Made by a program: the position numbers and the translations under genes
Notes under the pieces: model-generated
The model's input: the letters and a program-made list of their open reading frames with translations, nothing else
What the model was told of the DNA's origin: nothing
Databases searched by the model: none
In this document: piece after piece, positions 1-9,286 of the stretch
How the letters are laid out: every line of letters starts with the position of its first letter
Numbering within the stretch: the stretch's first letter is position 1
DNA from: Candidatus Velamenicoccus archaeovorus
Lineage (GTDB): Bacteria > Omnitrophota > Gorgyraeia > Velamenicoccales > Velamenicoccaceae
Direction: 5' to 3'
Length of the DNA: 32,000 bases
Assembly (NCBI RefSeq): GCF_004102945.1
Contig: NZ_CP019384.1
Coordinates: forward strand, 1,320,001 to 1,352,000

Positions 1-784
1 ACAGGCGGCGTGCCTGCGCAGGCGCAAGCGTAAAGAGCAATTCGTAATCCTCGCCATCACCCAGGGCTGCTGCCATCGTCTTGACGCCCGGATTCCTTGG
101 GATATCATCCTCGAAGATCTCGGCCCCCAGGCGGCTGGCTTCGCACAAACGGGAAAGGTCCATGCCCAAGCCGTCCGAGAGATCCATCATGGCGTTGACC
201 TTGAAATTTTTCACCAAAAAACGGGCCTCTTTGACCCGGGGAACAAAAAACAGATGGCGGCCGCTTCTCTGGGAACCGCCCAAGGGGCCGGAGACAAAAA
301 TAGTGTCGCCGTCTTTGGCGCCGCTGCGTAAGACAAGGTTCTTCTTCTTGACCTCCCCCGTCATGAATACGTCGATCACGAGACGGTCGCTGCGGTTTAT
401 GTCTCCGCCGATGACGCTGACGCCGTATCTGCGGGCGCATTGCCCGAGCCCGGCAAACAAGGCCTGGGCGCGGCGCGCCAGGTCTTTGCGGGGCAAACCC
501 GCAGAAACGAGGGCGAATCTCGGCTCGCCGCCCATAGCGGCGATGTCGCTTACTGAGACGGCGACGGCCTTATAGCCGACCCTTCTCAGATCTTCCCCTT
601 TCTTAAAATGCACAGATTCCACGAGCATGTCAACCGTCAGGAGACCGTAGAGCTCTTTCGGCCCCCGGATGACAGCCGCGTCATCGCCCGGCCCGACAAC
701 GACTGAAGGGTCGGCTGTCCTGAACCGGCGGACGGCTTGAGCGACAAGGGCCCATTCTTTAATGTTTTTGAGATAGGCGTCCAT
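1..784 (-). CDS. thiL: Thiamine-monophosphate kinase (ThiL); 3' end lies beyond the left window edge
   Basis: Absent from the ORF track because it has no stop in the window. Manual reverse translation from the ATG at 784-782 gives MDAYLKNIKEWALVAQAVRRF..GPGDDAAVI..VDMLVESVHF..VGYKAVAVSVSDIAAMGGEP..GGDINRS..DLSDGLG..GDGEDYELLFT, matching ThiL/AIR-synthase-fold motifs. I did not check every codon for stops; the continuous ThiL-like reading is the evidence. Overlaps the mtnA 3' end by 26 nt. Confidence 0.8.
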   Translation of the reverse strand, partial: MDAYLKNIKEWALVAQAVRRFRTADPSVVVGPGDDAAVIRGPKELYGLLTVDMLVESVHFKKGEDLRRVGYKAVAVSVSDIAAMGGEPRFALVSAGLPRKDLARRAQALFAGLGQCARRYGVSVIGGDINRSDRLVIDVFMTGEVKKKNLVLRSGAKDGDTIFVSGPLGGSQRSGRHLFFVPRVKEARFLVKNFKVNAMMDLSDGLGMDLSRLCEASRLGAEIFEDDIPRNPGVKTMAAALGDGEDYELLFTLAPAQARRL

Positions 785-1826
785 GTAATCTTCTCAGGTT
801 GCGGCCAAAGGGCTTACGGATCAGACCTTTCTCCGTGATGATGGCAGAAATGAAAGAAGCGGGCGTGATATCAAAAGCCGGATTGAACACATGCACCCCC
901 GTCGGGGCAATAGGCTTCTTAAAATAGAACGAAGTCACTTCCAGGGGATCCCTCTGCTCGATAGGGATCTCTTTGCCGCTCCCCAAAGACAAGTCCAGCG
1001 TCGAAGACGGCGCCACGCAATAAAACGGAATCTTGTGATAATAAGCCAGGACGGCAAGGCTGTAGGTGCCGATCTTATTGGCGAAATCGCCGTTGGCCGC
1101 AATGCGGTCTGCTCCAACAAAGACGGCATCGATCCGGCCCAGGCGCATCAGGTCGGCCGCCATATTATCGCAGATCAATGTCACGTCGATCTTGTTATGC
1201 AAGAGTTCCCATGTCGTCAACCGCGCCCCCTGCAGGAGCGGCCGCGTCTCACAGGCATAGACCTTGATGGATTTGCCTTCTTCGTGGGCGCGGTAAAAAA
1301 CGCCCAGGGCCGTGCCGTAACCGCTCGTCGCCAGGCCGCCGGCGTTACAAACGGTCAAAAGACTGTCGCCGTTCTTGACGAGGCAAGCGGCATGACGGCT
1401 CATCTGGAAACACATCCGGATGTCCTCGCTTAAAATAGCATCTGCTTCCTTTTTAAGGAACAGAAGAAGCCTTTTTTTATCCTCCCCCTCATGCGCTTCG
1501 ACGACACGGACCATGCGGCCCAGGGCCCAAAAGAGATTGACGGCTGTCGGCCTGGCAGAAGCCAGATACCTGCTGATCTTCCGGGCTTCTTGCAGGAGAC
1601 CCGGCCACGTTTTGACTTTAGACCTTCTCAGGCCGAGGACAAAACCCATGGCTGCGGCAATGCCGATCAGAGGCGCACCTCTCACTTTAAGTTTTTTGAC
1701 CGCCCGCCAGACGCTCGAGATATCCCTGCAGCCTTCATAGACCAGTTCCACCGGCAACTTTGTCTGGTCGATAATACAGATATGATCGCCTTCCCAAAAA
1801 ATAGGATTCACGAAGATGTTTTTCAT
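759..1826 (-). CDS. mtnA: S-methyl-5-thioribose-1-phosphate isomerase (MtnA), eIF-2B alpha/beta/delta-related family
   Basis: Track ORF 759..1943. Family-like sequence begins at the internal Met (MKNIFVNPIFWEGDH...). Motifs RGAPLIGIAAA, CNAGGLATSGYGTALGV, GADRIAANGD. The ATG at 1826 forms an ATGA overlap with the upstream ORF's stop. Confidence 0.8.
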   Translation of the reverse strand: MKNIFVNPIFWEGDHICIIDQTKLPVELVYEGCRDISSVWRAVKKLKVRGAPLIGIAAAMGFVLGLRRSKVKTWPGLLQEARKISRYLASARPTAVNLFWALGRMVRVVEAHEGEDKKRLLLFLKKEADAILSEDIRMCFQMSRHAACLVKNGDSLLTVCNAGGLATSGYGTALGVFYRAHEEGKSIKVYACETRPLLQGARLTTWELLHNKIDVTLICDNMAADLMRLGRIDAVFVGADRIAANGDFANKIGTYSLAVLAYYHKIPFYCVAPSSTLDLSLGSGKEIPIEQRDPLEVTSFYFKKPIAPTGVHVFNPAFDITPASFISAIITEKGLIRKPFGRNLRRLHGRLSQKH

Positions 1827-2977
1827 CGTCGGGCTCGCTTTCCGGCGTTCTTGCACCACTTGAGCAGTTTCAAAAAAGAATTCTTGCGCACGTCTATCGC
1901 CCCATGGGGACAGACTTCCTGACAACACAAACACAGGATGCACCGCGACCGGCGAAAACGGACGCGTCCGGCGTCAAGGCGGATTGCTTCCGCCGGACAA
2001 CTCTTCGCGCATATGCCGCAAAGCTTGCAATGGGACGCCTCCGCATAGGGTTTCAACGATAAAAAGGCGGTCAAAAGCCGGCTTAAGGCTTTCGGCATCC
2101 GCGGGAGTCTTGCCAAGATGCTTGCTTTCGGGAGCCTGAAAGACTCCGCCGTAAAATCACCCAAAGGCCCGCCGAGGACTTCAATGTCCTGAAAACGTCC
2201 GGGGCCAAGACCGCGTCTTGAAGCCTCCCTGCTTGTCGGGACAGCAAAACCGTCAAGACGCATCAGGTGCGCCAAGATCATATCCACACATACGCCGTCG
2301 CCTCCGGCCGCAACCAGCCCCATATGCTTGAGCGTGCCTGCCGAACCCGGGCCGTCGCCTTCCATGGCCGTAATCCCATCGACAATATTCAAATCGGGCC
2401 GGCGTGCCTCATAGATATCGACGATCACCCGGCTCAAATCCAAGGCTCTCGGATGGTCAAAATGGATCTTCATCTTGTGCATGCCGACGACCAGGCCGAA
2501 AAGGTTCTTGAGGCAGGCGGTCAGGATCGTAAATCCATGCGTCTTGAACTTCGGGATATTGATCAGCCGATCGCATGAAAAAGCCCATGGCGTCAAGGGA
2601 TAACCCCCGACAAGTCGGCTCCTCGAAAAATAGACGAGCTCAACCCCCTCCTCTTCACAGATCTTTTTGATGCCCGAAACCTCATAGACCCTGCCGACGT
2701 CCTTTTTTTCTCCCCACACGCTCGGCGAATCTCCGCAAAAAATGTTGGTTGTGAGCGGACGAAGAAGACGGATGACGGCGCGCACGACTTCAGGATGCGT
2801 ATCCACCCCTTTTTCCGGCGCGGCATCCGTCAGGAGGTTAGGCTTGAGCAACACTTTTTCTTTCGGTTTCACGAAACGCTCGATACCGCCCAGAAGACGG
2901 ACAGCTTCTGCCACTGCCGTCTGCACCTGCGCCGTATCGTAATTCCTACATCTCACCAGCGAAACCTTATGATCCAT
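1823..2977 (-). CDS. DUF362-domain protein with a C-terminal 2x[4Fe-4S] ferredoxin domain
   Basis: Track ORF 1823..2983, whose start is GTG. An ATG at 2977 gives MDHKVSLVRCRNYD, a typical DUF362 N-terminus. C-terminus has CKLCGICAKSCP and CILCLCCQEVCP cluster motifs. Start 2977 vs 2983 is unresolved. Confidence 0.75.
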   Translation of the reverse strand: MDHKVSLVRCRNYDTAQVQTAVAEAVRLLGGIERFVKPKEKVLLKPNLLTDAAPEKGVDTHPEVVRAVIRLLRPLTTNIFCGDSPSVWGEKKDVGRVYEVSGIKKICEEEGVELVYFSRSRLVGGYPLTPWAFSCDRLINIPKFKTHGFTILTACLKNLFGLVVGMHKMKIHFDHPRALDLSRVIVDIYEARRPDLNIVDGITAMEGDGPGSAGTLKHMGLVAAGGDGVCVDMILAHLMRLDGFAVPTSREASRRGLGPGRFQDIEVLGGPLGDFTAESFRLPKASILARLPRMPKALSRLLTAFLSLKPYAEASHCKLCGICAKSCPAEAIRLDAGRVRFRRSRCILCLCCQEVCPHGAIDVRKNSFLKLLKWCKNAGKRARR

Positions 2978-2979
2978 CG

Positions 2980-3750
2980 TCACGTTATTTTAAAGAACCG
3001 CCGGGCATTCTTCGTCGTCTCGGCGCAGACCGCGGCGATATCCACGCCTTTGATCCGGCTGATCTCACGGGCGACCTCGACGACATTGGCCGGCTCATTA
3101 CGCCTGCCCCTCTTGCCTTCGGGCGAAAGATACGGTGCGTCCGTCTCCAAAAACATCCTCTCCAGGGGAACAGAACGGACGAGATCACGCAGGCCTTCGG
3201 CTTTCTTATAAGTGATGTTCGCCGTAAAAGACACGCAGAAACCCCTCTCCAGGCACGCCGACAAAAATTCCGCGCTTCCTGAAAAACAATGGACGACGAC
3301 GCCGGGGATGTCTTTTGTCCCGGCGGACGTCAGTATCTGGAGCATATCGGATTCGGCGTTGCGGCAGTGGACCACAAGGGGTTTGGCGGCCCGGCCGGCA
3401 AGGGCCAGAAAACGGCCGAACACCTCGCGCTGGGCCGCCGGCTCCGAAAGATTGCGGTAATAATCCAGGCCCACTTCGCCGATAGCGACGACCTTCGGCT
3501 CCCGGGCGAGCTTTTCGATTTCGGCAAAGGCCGCCTCATCGCACGCCTTGGCATCATGGGGATGGATGCCGACGGTCGCGAACACCTCGGGGCATGCCCG
3601 GCTCAAGGCCACGGCGCGGCGGCTCCCTTCCAGGCTTGAGCCGACATCGATCAGGGCCTCGACGCCGGCGGCCTTTGCCGCCGCCAGCACCTGCGGCCGG
3701 TCGACATCGAACTCGGAAAAATCCAGATGGCAATGCGTATCGATCAACAT
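2980..3750 (-). CDS. TatD-family metal-dependent hydrolase (B. subtilis YabD / E. coli YcfH type)
   Basis: MLIDTHCHLDF.., VVHCFSG, ETDAPYL motifs. 256 aa. Confidence 0.9.
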   Translation of the reverse strand: MLIDTHCHLDFSEFDVDRPQVLAAAKAAGVEALIDVGSSLEGSRRAVALSRACPEVFATVGIHPHDAKACDEAAFAEIEKLAREPKVVAIGEVGLDYYRNLSEPAAQREVFGRFLALAGRAAKPLVVHCRNAESDMLQILTSAGTKDIPGVVVHCFSGSAEFLSACLERGFCVSFTANITYKKAEGLRDLVRSVPLERMFLETDAPYLSPEGKRGRRNEPANVVEVAREISRIKGVDIAAVCAETTKNARRFFKIT

Positions 3751-3823
3751 AAAAAAATTGACGAGCGTATGAGTAAACGAGTGCCTCCTGCCGTATCAAC
3801 TCGCCGACTCGTTTACTCGTCAA
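3751..3823 (-). terminator. Strong hairpin followed by U7 that runs directly into the tatD ATG
   Basis: Read on the minus strand: arms 3771-3782/3807-3818 pair perfectly (12 bp), extended by 3758-3762/3819-3823 (5 bp) across an 8-nt one-sided loop. The stem is followed by UUUUUUU (plus A7 at 3751-3757), then the AUG at 3750. Confidence 0.5.
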
Positions 3824-3831
3824 CTCATTGA

Positions 3832-3862
3832 CCCCGCCAGAAAACCATGTTTTCTAACGGGG
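3832..3862 (-). repeat. REP-like hairpin, copy 1 (CCCCGCCAGAAA..TTTCTNACGGGG family)
   Basis: 14-bp stem with a 3-nt loop, a few nt after the metG stop. The two C.A mismatches on the plus strand become G.U pairs on the minus strand. Related copy at 28966-29001. Confidence 0.5.
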
Positions 3863-3867
3863 TTCGC

Positions 3868-5361
3868 TCATTTCTTTTCCTCGATGATCCTCGGGAACAG
3901 CGGATCGCCTTTGGCGACGCGGTCCTCCTTGAGCTGGGACAAGATCTTGGCGGATGTCTGCGGCATGAAAGGCGCCAATTCAGCGGCCGTCTGACGCAGC
4001 ACCCGGAACATGACGGAAAGAAAATCCTCCAGTTCTTCTGTCTTGCCTTCTTTCTTCAAGTTCCACGGCTTTGTCTCCTCCACGAACCTATTGGCGTCGC
4101 CGATCACCTCCCAGATGGACTGGAGGGCTGCGATAAAATCCAATTTGTCCAAAGCCGTGTCGATGGACTCAGCAAGCCTTTCAAGCTTGGACAGGATCGA
4201 TGCACCCGATGCCGGCAAAACTCTGTTCTCGCGCACGGCGGGAATGCGGCCGTCGACATACTTCTCCGACATTGTCAGCGTCCTGTAGACGAGATTGCCC
4301 AGGTCATTGGCCAGATCCCCGTTGAAACGCTTGATGAGCGCCTCCCGCGAAAAAACGCCGTCCAGCCCAAAGGGGACGTCGCGCAACAGAAAATAGCGGT
4401 AAACATCGATGCCAAACTCATCGATGACGTCGAGGGGGTTGACGACGTTGCCCAGGCTCTTGGACATCTTCTCGACGCCGACCTGCCACCATCCGTGCGC
4501 AAAGATCCTGTGCGGGGCCGGCAGCCCGGCCGCATGAAGCATGATCGGCCAGATGACCGCATGCTGACGCAGGATGTCCTTGCCGATCAAGTGGAGGGCT
4601 GACGGCCAGAAGGCGTCGAATTTCGTAAAGTCTTCCGGATATCCCAGCGCACTGATATAGTTGATCAAGGCGTCAAACCATACATACGTCACATGGTCCG
4701 GCGAAAAAGGCAAGGGAATCCCCCAGCTCAGGCGGCTCTTGGGACGGGAAACGCACAGGTCGGTGAGGACATTCTCTTCCAGAAAACTCAAGACCTCGTT
4801 GCGGCGCGATTCCGGCCGGATAAAATCAGGATTGTCCTTGATATGCTGGATAAGCCACGCCTGATGGGCCGAGAGCTTAAAAAAATAATTCGATTCCTTG
4901 AGGCGTTCGACCGGCCTCCTGCAATCAGGACACAAGCCCCCTTCGGCCTGCTTTTCCGTCCAGAAAACCTCGCAAGGCACGCAGTAAAGACCCTCGTAAT
5001 CGCCAAGCACCAGCTCTCCTTTGTCATACAGGAGCTGCAAGAAATGCCCGACGGCCCGGCCATGACGGGGTTCGGTCGTACGGATGAAGTCGTCATAGCT
5101 GATGTCCAGCTTTTTCCAGACCTCTTTAAAACGGGGAATGATGCCGTCCACGAACGCCTGCGGCGTCTTGCCCTCTTTCTCGGCGGCGCGCAGCACCTTC
5201 TGGCCGTGTTCGTCGGTTCCCGTCAGAAAATACACATCCCATCCGCGCTGTCGCTTGTGGCGGGAGAGGACGTCGGCGGCGATCGTCGTATAGGAATGAC
5301 CGATATGCGGCACGCCGTTGACGTAGTATATGGGTGTCGTGACGTAGAACGTTTTGTTCAT
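3868..5361 (-). CDS. metG: Methionine--tRNA ligase (short form, no C-terminal tRNA-binding domain)
   Basis: HIGH (PHIGHSYT), KMSKS (KMSKSLGN), Zn knuckle CVPCE..CPDCRRP. 497 aa. ATGA overlap with the ricT stop. Confidence 0.95.
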   Translation of the reverse strand: MNKTFYVTTPIYYVNGVPHIGHSYTTIAADVLSRHKRQRGWDVYFLTGTDEHGQKVLRAAEKEGKTPQAFVDGIIPRFKEVWKKLDISYDDFIRTTEPRHGRAVGHFLQLLYDKGELVLGDYEGLYCVPCEVFWTEKQAEGGLCPDCRRPVERLKESNYFFKLSAHQAWLIQHIKDNPDFIRPESRRNEVLSFLEENVLTDLCVSRPKSRLSWGIPLPFSPDHVTYVWFDALINYISALGYPEDFTKFDAFWPSALHLIGKDILRQHAVIWPIMLHAAGLPAPHRIFAHGWWQVGVEKMSKSLGNVVNPLDVIDEFGIDVYRYFLLRDVPFGLDGVFSREALIKRFNGDLANDLGNLVYRTLTMSEKYVDGRIPAVRENRVLPASGASILSKLERLAESIDTALDKLDFIAALQSIWEVIGDANRFVEETKPWNLKKEGKTEELEDFLSVMFRVLRQTAAELAPFMPQTSAKILSQLKEDRVAKGDPLFPRIIEEKK

Positions 5362-6140
5362 TTTATCTTGTAGGTCATTTCAACCAGCTTGCCGTCTTCC
5401 AGGAGAATGCTGGCTTTTCGTTTCAGGATATTGACAGAGATCACTTTCCCCTTGCCTTCCGGCGTCTCGACGCGTTCTCCTTCCCGGGGAAGCCCCTTGC
5501 ACATCTCCTTATAGTGCTTGTGCTCGAAGGAAAGACAACACATAAGACGGCCGCAGAGACCGGAGATCTTCGGAGGGTTAAGCGGCAGATTCTGGTCTTT
5601 GGCCATCCGGATCGTCACAGGCTCGAAATCTTTTAAAAATCTGCAGCAACACAGTTCCTTGCCGCACGGCCCGAAGCCTCCAAGGATCTTGGCCTCGTCC
5701 CTGACGCCGATCTGACGCAGCTCGATACGCGCCTTGAAGATCTTGGCCAGCTCCTTCACCAGTTCGCGGAAATCCACCCGTCCTTCGGCCGTGAAATAAA
5801 AAAGGATCTTGGAACGGTCAAAGGCGTACTCGGCGCCGACCAGCTTCATGTCAAGCTTATGCTCTTCGATCTTTTTGGAACAGGTGACCGACGCTTCCTG
5901 GGCCTTTTTCCTATTGTCCTGGATCTGTTTAAGATCGGCATCCGTCGCGATCCTCAGGACCTTCTTGACGGATTCATCGACCTTTTCCGTCAATACAGGG
6001 TCGGTAACGACTTGGCCGTAATCAATGCCCCGTTCCACCTCCGCGATCACCAGATCGCCGTTCTTGATCTGCACCCCCTCGGCGTGATAGCAGGAGACGG
6101 ACCCCATTTCTCTTAATCTTACTTGTGCAATGACTTCCAT
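5358..6140 (-). CDS. ricT: PSP1-domain protein (RicT/YaaT family)
   Basis: PSP1 C-terminal domain pattern and Cys-rich tail (GPCGKELCCCRF..CGRLMCCLSFEH). AAGAGG SD 9 nt upstream of the ATG. Confidence 0.85.
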   Translation of the reverse strand: MEVIAQVRLREMGSVSCYHAEGVQIKNGDLVIAEVERGIDYGQVVTDPVLTEKVDESVKKVLRIATDADLKQIQDNRKKAQEASVTCSKKIEEHKLDMKLVGAEYAFDRSKILFYFTAEGRVDFRELVKELAKIFKARIELRQIGVRDEAKILGGFGPCGKELCCCRFLKDFEPVTIRMAKDQNLPLNPPKISGLCGRLMCCLSFEHKHYKEMCKGLPREGERVETPEGKGKVISVNILKRKASILLEDGKLVEMTYKIK

Positions 6141-6242
6141 AGATAAAACCTCTTACGCAAACCGCCGCAAAACAGCCAAAAACACAAATCGCCCAGGACG
6201 CATTCGTCATGGATTTTCCCGCGGCGAGCATGGGAAACCGGG

Positions 6243-7226
6243 TCAGGCGATCTTTTGCAGCTCCGTATTCAAGCGGGCCAAGGCCAGCCTCGTGTTAACG
6301 TTGGCCTTCAGATCGGCTGCCGTCTGGGCCACAAGCTTCAATGCACCCTCCAATACCTCGGCATCCAGCTTCCGGGAGAGGTGTATTATATCATCAATCC
6401 TATCTGCATTTATGAAATATTTTTTATCGGCCACAATTTTACCGACGAGGATATCGCGCAGCCAGCCCGCCAGCAGATAGAGCGCCATCTCCGTCGCCTG
6501 TCTCGGCTCTTTTTTTTCCGAGGCCCCGCCGGCCTCGTCTCCGAACAGCCCCGCCCCCCCCCTCAACCATCCGGCGACAAGACGGTTCCTCTGCGCGAAA
6601 ACCTTTCCCTCGTGAAACTGAAGCGCCGCTTCCATGCAACCATCGGAAATACGCGAAAGATAAAAGGCCTCGTCTTCGCCGACCCCGTGATCCCTGCGAA
6701 GGATCTCAAAAACCACGGACCCCTCCAGACTACTGAAGACAATCCGCTGGCAACGCGAGACGATCGTCGGCACCATCGCCTTAAGGCTCGTCGCCAGAAT
6801 AACGATGACCGTATCCGGCGACGGCTCTTCCAGCGTCTTTAAAAGCGCGTTGGAAGACTCGTCGTTCAAGGCGGCGCCGTCCGAGATGATAAGGACTTTC
6901 TTTGAAGATTCAAAACCTTTAAGGGCGAGCCTGCGGCAGGCCTCACGGACGGCGTCGATCTTGATAAATTGGCCGTCGGCTGAAAGGACCCGAATATCGG
7001 GGTGATTGGCGGCGTCCGCCTTCCGGCAAGACGGACAAACATCGCAAGGCTCGGCCTGACATGGAGCCTCGCACAGCAGAAGCTTGGCGAAGTTTATCGC
7101 GGCTTTTGACCTGCCGACGCCCGCAGGGCCGACAAAGATATACGCGTGGCTCACACGGCCCCGCAAAAAGGCGCCCTTCAGGAGCGCGACGGCCTTTTCT
7201 TGTCCGAGGATTTCTTTAAAAGACAC
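6243..7226 (-). CDS. holB: DNA polymerase III subunit delta' (HolB)
   Basis: AAA+ P-loop-like GPAGVGRSKAA, Zn module CDVCPSCRK, SRCQ motif. GTG start. Overlaps the tmk 3' end by 49 nt. Confidence 0.85.
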   Translation of the reverse strand: MSFKEILGQEKAVALLKGAFLRGRVSHAYIFVGPAGVGRSKAAINFAKLLLCEAPCQAEPCDVCPSCRKADAANHPDIRVLSADGQFIKIDAVREACRRLALKGFESSKKVLIISDGAALNDESSNALLKTLEEPSPDTVIVILATSLKAMVPTIVSRCQRIVFSSLEGSVVFEILRRDHGVGEDEAFYLSRISDGCMEAALQFHEGKVFAQRNRLVAGWLRGGAGLFGDEAGGASEKKEPRQATEMALYLLAGWLRDILVGKIVADKKYFINADRIDDIIHLSRKLDAEVLEGALKLVAQTAADLKANVNTRLALARLNTELQKIA

Positions 7227-7834
7227 GACTCTACGATCTCCCTTATCTTCGCCTGGGTCTGGAGGATAGACGGCTGGACACGGATCGTCTTGATCCTTGC
7301 CGGATATTTTCTGGCCAGGGCCCGATAACCTTTTTTGACGCGGTTATGAAAGGCATCCGGTCTCGATTCGATCCTGTCGGGTAAAGATGTGTTTCTGAGC
7401 TTGTCCCTGCTCTGCCATGAATCAAGGAGCAATGTCAGATCAGGGGTCAATCCTGCCGTTGCCCAACGCCCCACCTTCTCTAAAACCGCGATCTCCAGCC
7501 CGCAGCCGTAACCCTGATAGGCGAGCGTCGAATCCTGGAACCTGTCGCAAAGAACGACCGCGCCGCGCGCCAGGGCGGGCCGGATCACCTCTTCGATAAG
7601 CTGGGCGCGCGCCGCCATATACAAAAGCATCTCCGTCGCCAATGACATCCGGTCGTTTCTTTTGTCCAAAAGGATCCTGCGTATCTTTTCGCCCAAGACC
7701 GTCGAACCCGGCTCGCGGATAAAGAGAGTTTTGAAACCGCATGCCTTCAGGTAACGGCTGAGAAGCCTTGCCTGCGTGCTCTTGCCGCTCTTTTCGCAGC
7801 CTTCGAATGTGATAAACATCCCTCGAGAATACAT
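7178..7834 (-). CDS. tmk: dTMP (thymidylate) kinase
   Basis: MYSRGMFITFEGCEKSGKSTQ P-loop and Tmk-length protein. Alternative start at 7819 (MFITFEG). Confidence 0.9.
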   Translation of the reverse strand: MYSRGMFITFEGCEKSGKSTQARLLSRYLKACGFKTLFIREPGSTVLGEKIRRILLDKRNDRMSLATEMLLYMAARAQLIEEVIRPALARGAVVLCDRFQDSTLAYQGYGCGLEIAVLEKVGRWATAGLTPDLTLLLDSWQSRDKLRNTSLPDRIESRPDAFHNRVKKGYRALARKYPARIKTIRVQPSILQTQAKIREIVESCLLKKSSDKKRPSRS

Positions 7835-7836
7835 CC

Positions 7837-9282
7837 TTACCCCGCCTTCCTCGTATCTTCGATGGTCACGCCGTGGACCTTAAGATAATCACGGATCTCA
7901 TCTGCCCGCTTGAAATCTTTCTTCTGCCGCGCCACCTGGCGTTCCTGGACCAGCCTCTTGACATCTTCCGGCAAAAGCGCCGCCGCCTCCGGCCCTGCCT
8001 GCGGCGCCGTTTTAAGCCTGACGGAGGCGTCGATCACCTGCGCGTGCGAAGCGGATTCGATCTTGAGACCAAAGACTTCCGCCAGCTCCAAAAGGAGACG
8101 GCAGGCCTGAAGGGCGACACCCCTGGAGCGGGAAGACGACAAAAGCTTGTTGCCGCTGTTGACGATATCAAAAAGAACGGCCAGACCCTGCGCCGTATTG
8201 AAATCATCGTCCATGGCCTCTTCGAAACGCCGGCGGAACTCCTGGAGTTCAACAGGGTATCTCACCAAAGGCCTGATCTTAGCGATGCCGCGGCGCGCCG
8301 CATGCGCCTTGTCCACGAATTCCGCCATCTTATCCAGAGCCTTGCGGCTGTTCTTCAGCCCGTCAAAAGTGAAATCGATCGGGGAGCGGTAGTGGGCCGA
8401 AAGAAAAAAGAGCTTGAGGATATCCGGCGAAAATTGCTTGAGGACATCCTGGATCGTATAGAAATTCCCAAGGGATTTCGACATCTTGCGGCCGTCGATG
8501 GTCAAAAGTCCGTGGTGGATCCAGTATTTGGCAAAAGGCTTGCCTGTCAAAGCCTCGGCCTGCGCGATCTCGTTCTCGTGGTGAGGAAAAATAAGATCCA
8601 GCCCTCCCGCATGAATGTCCAAGCTCTCGGTCTTGAGATAATGCATGCTCATCGTGGAACACTCGATGTGCCATCCGGGACGGCCCGGCCCCCAGGGGCT
8701 CGGCCAACTAGGCTCCCCTTCTTTGGACTTCTTCCAGAGAGCGAAATCCAGGGGGTCTTTCTTCTTTTCGTCCTTCTCGATCCTGACGGCCGTCATCATC
8801 TCATCAAGGGTCTGACCCGAAAGCTTGCCGTAATCCTTGAAGAGCCTGACGGAGAAATACACATCGCCGTCAATGACGTAGGCGGCCCCTTTGGCGATCA
8901 ACTTGCCGATATGCGCGATCATCCCGGGGATATTCTCAGTGGCCAAAGGTTCCACATCGGCTCTGGCGATCCCCAGGGCCGCCAGATCCCTTTCATAATT
9001 CCCGATATAACGGACGCGGATCTCGTCAAACGCAACGCCGTCCTGGCGGGCGCGATTGATGATCTTATCGTCGACATCAGTGATGTTCCTGACCAGGGTG
9101 ACACGGAAACCGCGATACTCAAGGTATTTCTTGATGACGTCGAAGATATAAAGGCTGCGCGCGTGGCCGACATGGCAGTCGTCGTACACCGTCACTCCGC
9201 AGGTATACATCTTGATCTTGCCGGGGACGCAAGGGACCAGATCTTCCTTTTTTCTTGAAAGCGAATTATAAACAGAGACCAT
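7837..9282 (-). CDS. cysS: Cysteine--tRNA ligase
   Basis: HIGH (CHVGHARS) and KMSKS (KMSKSLGN). 481 aa. Confidence 0.95.
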   Translation of the reverse strand: MVSVYNSLSRKKEDLVPCVPGKIKMYTCGVTVYDDCHVGHARSLYIFDVIKKYLEYRGFRVTLVRNITDVDDKIINRARQDGVAFDEIRVRYIGNYERDLAALGIARADVEPLATENIPGMIAHIGKLIAKGAAYVIDGDVYFSVRLFKDYGKLSGQTLDEMMTAVRIEKDEKKKDPLDFALWKKSKEGEPSWPSPWGPGRPGWHIECSTMSMHYLKTESLDIHAGGLDLIFPHHENEIAQAEALTGKPFAKYWIHHGLLTIDGRKMSKSLGNFYTIQDVLKQFSPDILKLFFLSAHYRSPIDFTFDGLKNSRKALDKMAEFVDKAHAARRGIAKIRPLVRYPVELQEFRRRFEEAMDDDFNTAQGLAVLFDIVNSGNKLLSSSRSRGVALQACRLLLELAEVFGLKIESASHAQVIDASVRLKTAPQAGPEAAALLPEDVKRLVQERQVARQKKDFKRADEIRDYLKVHGVTIEDTRKAG

Positions 9283-9286
9283 TATC

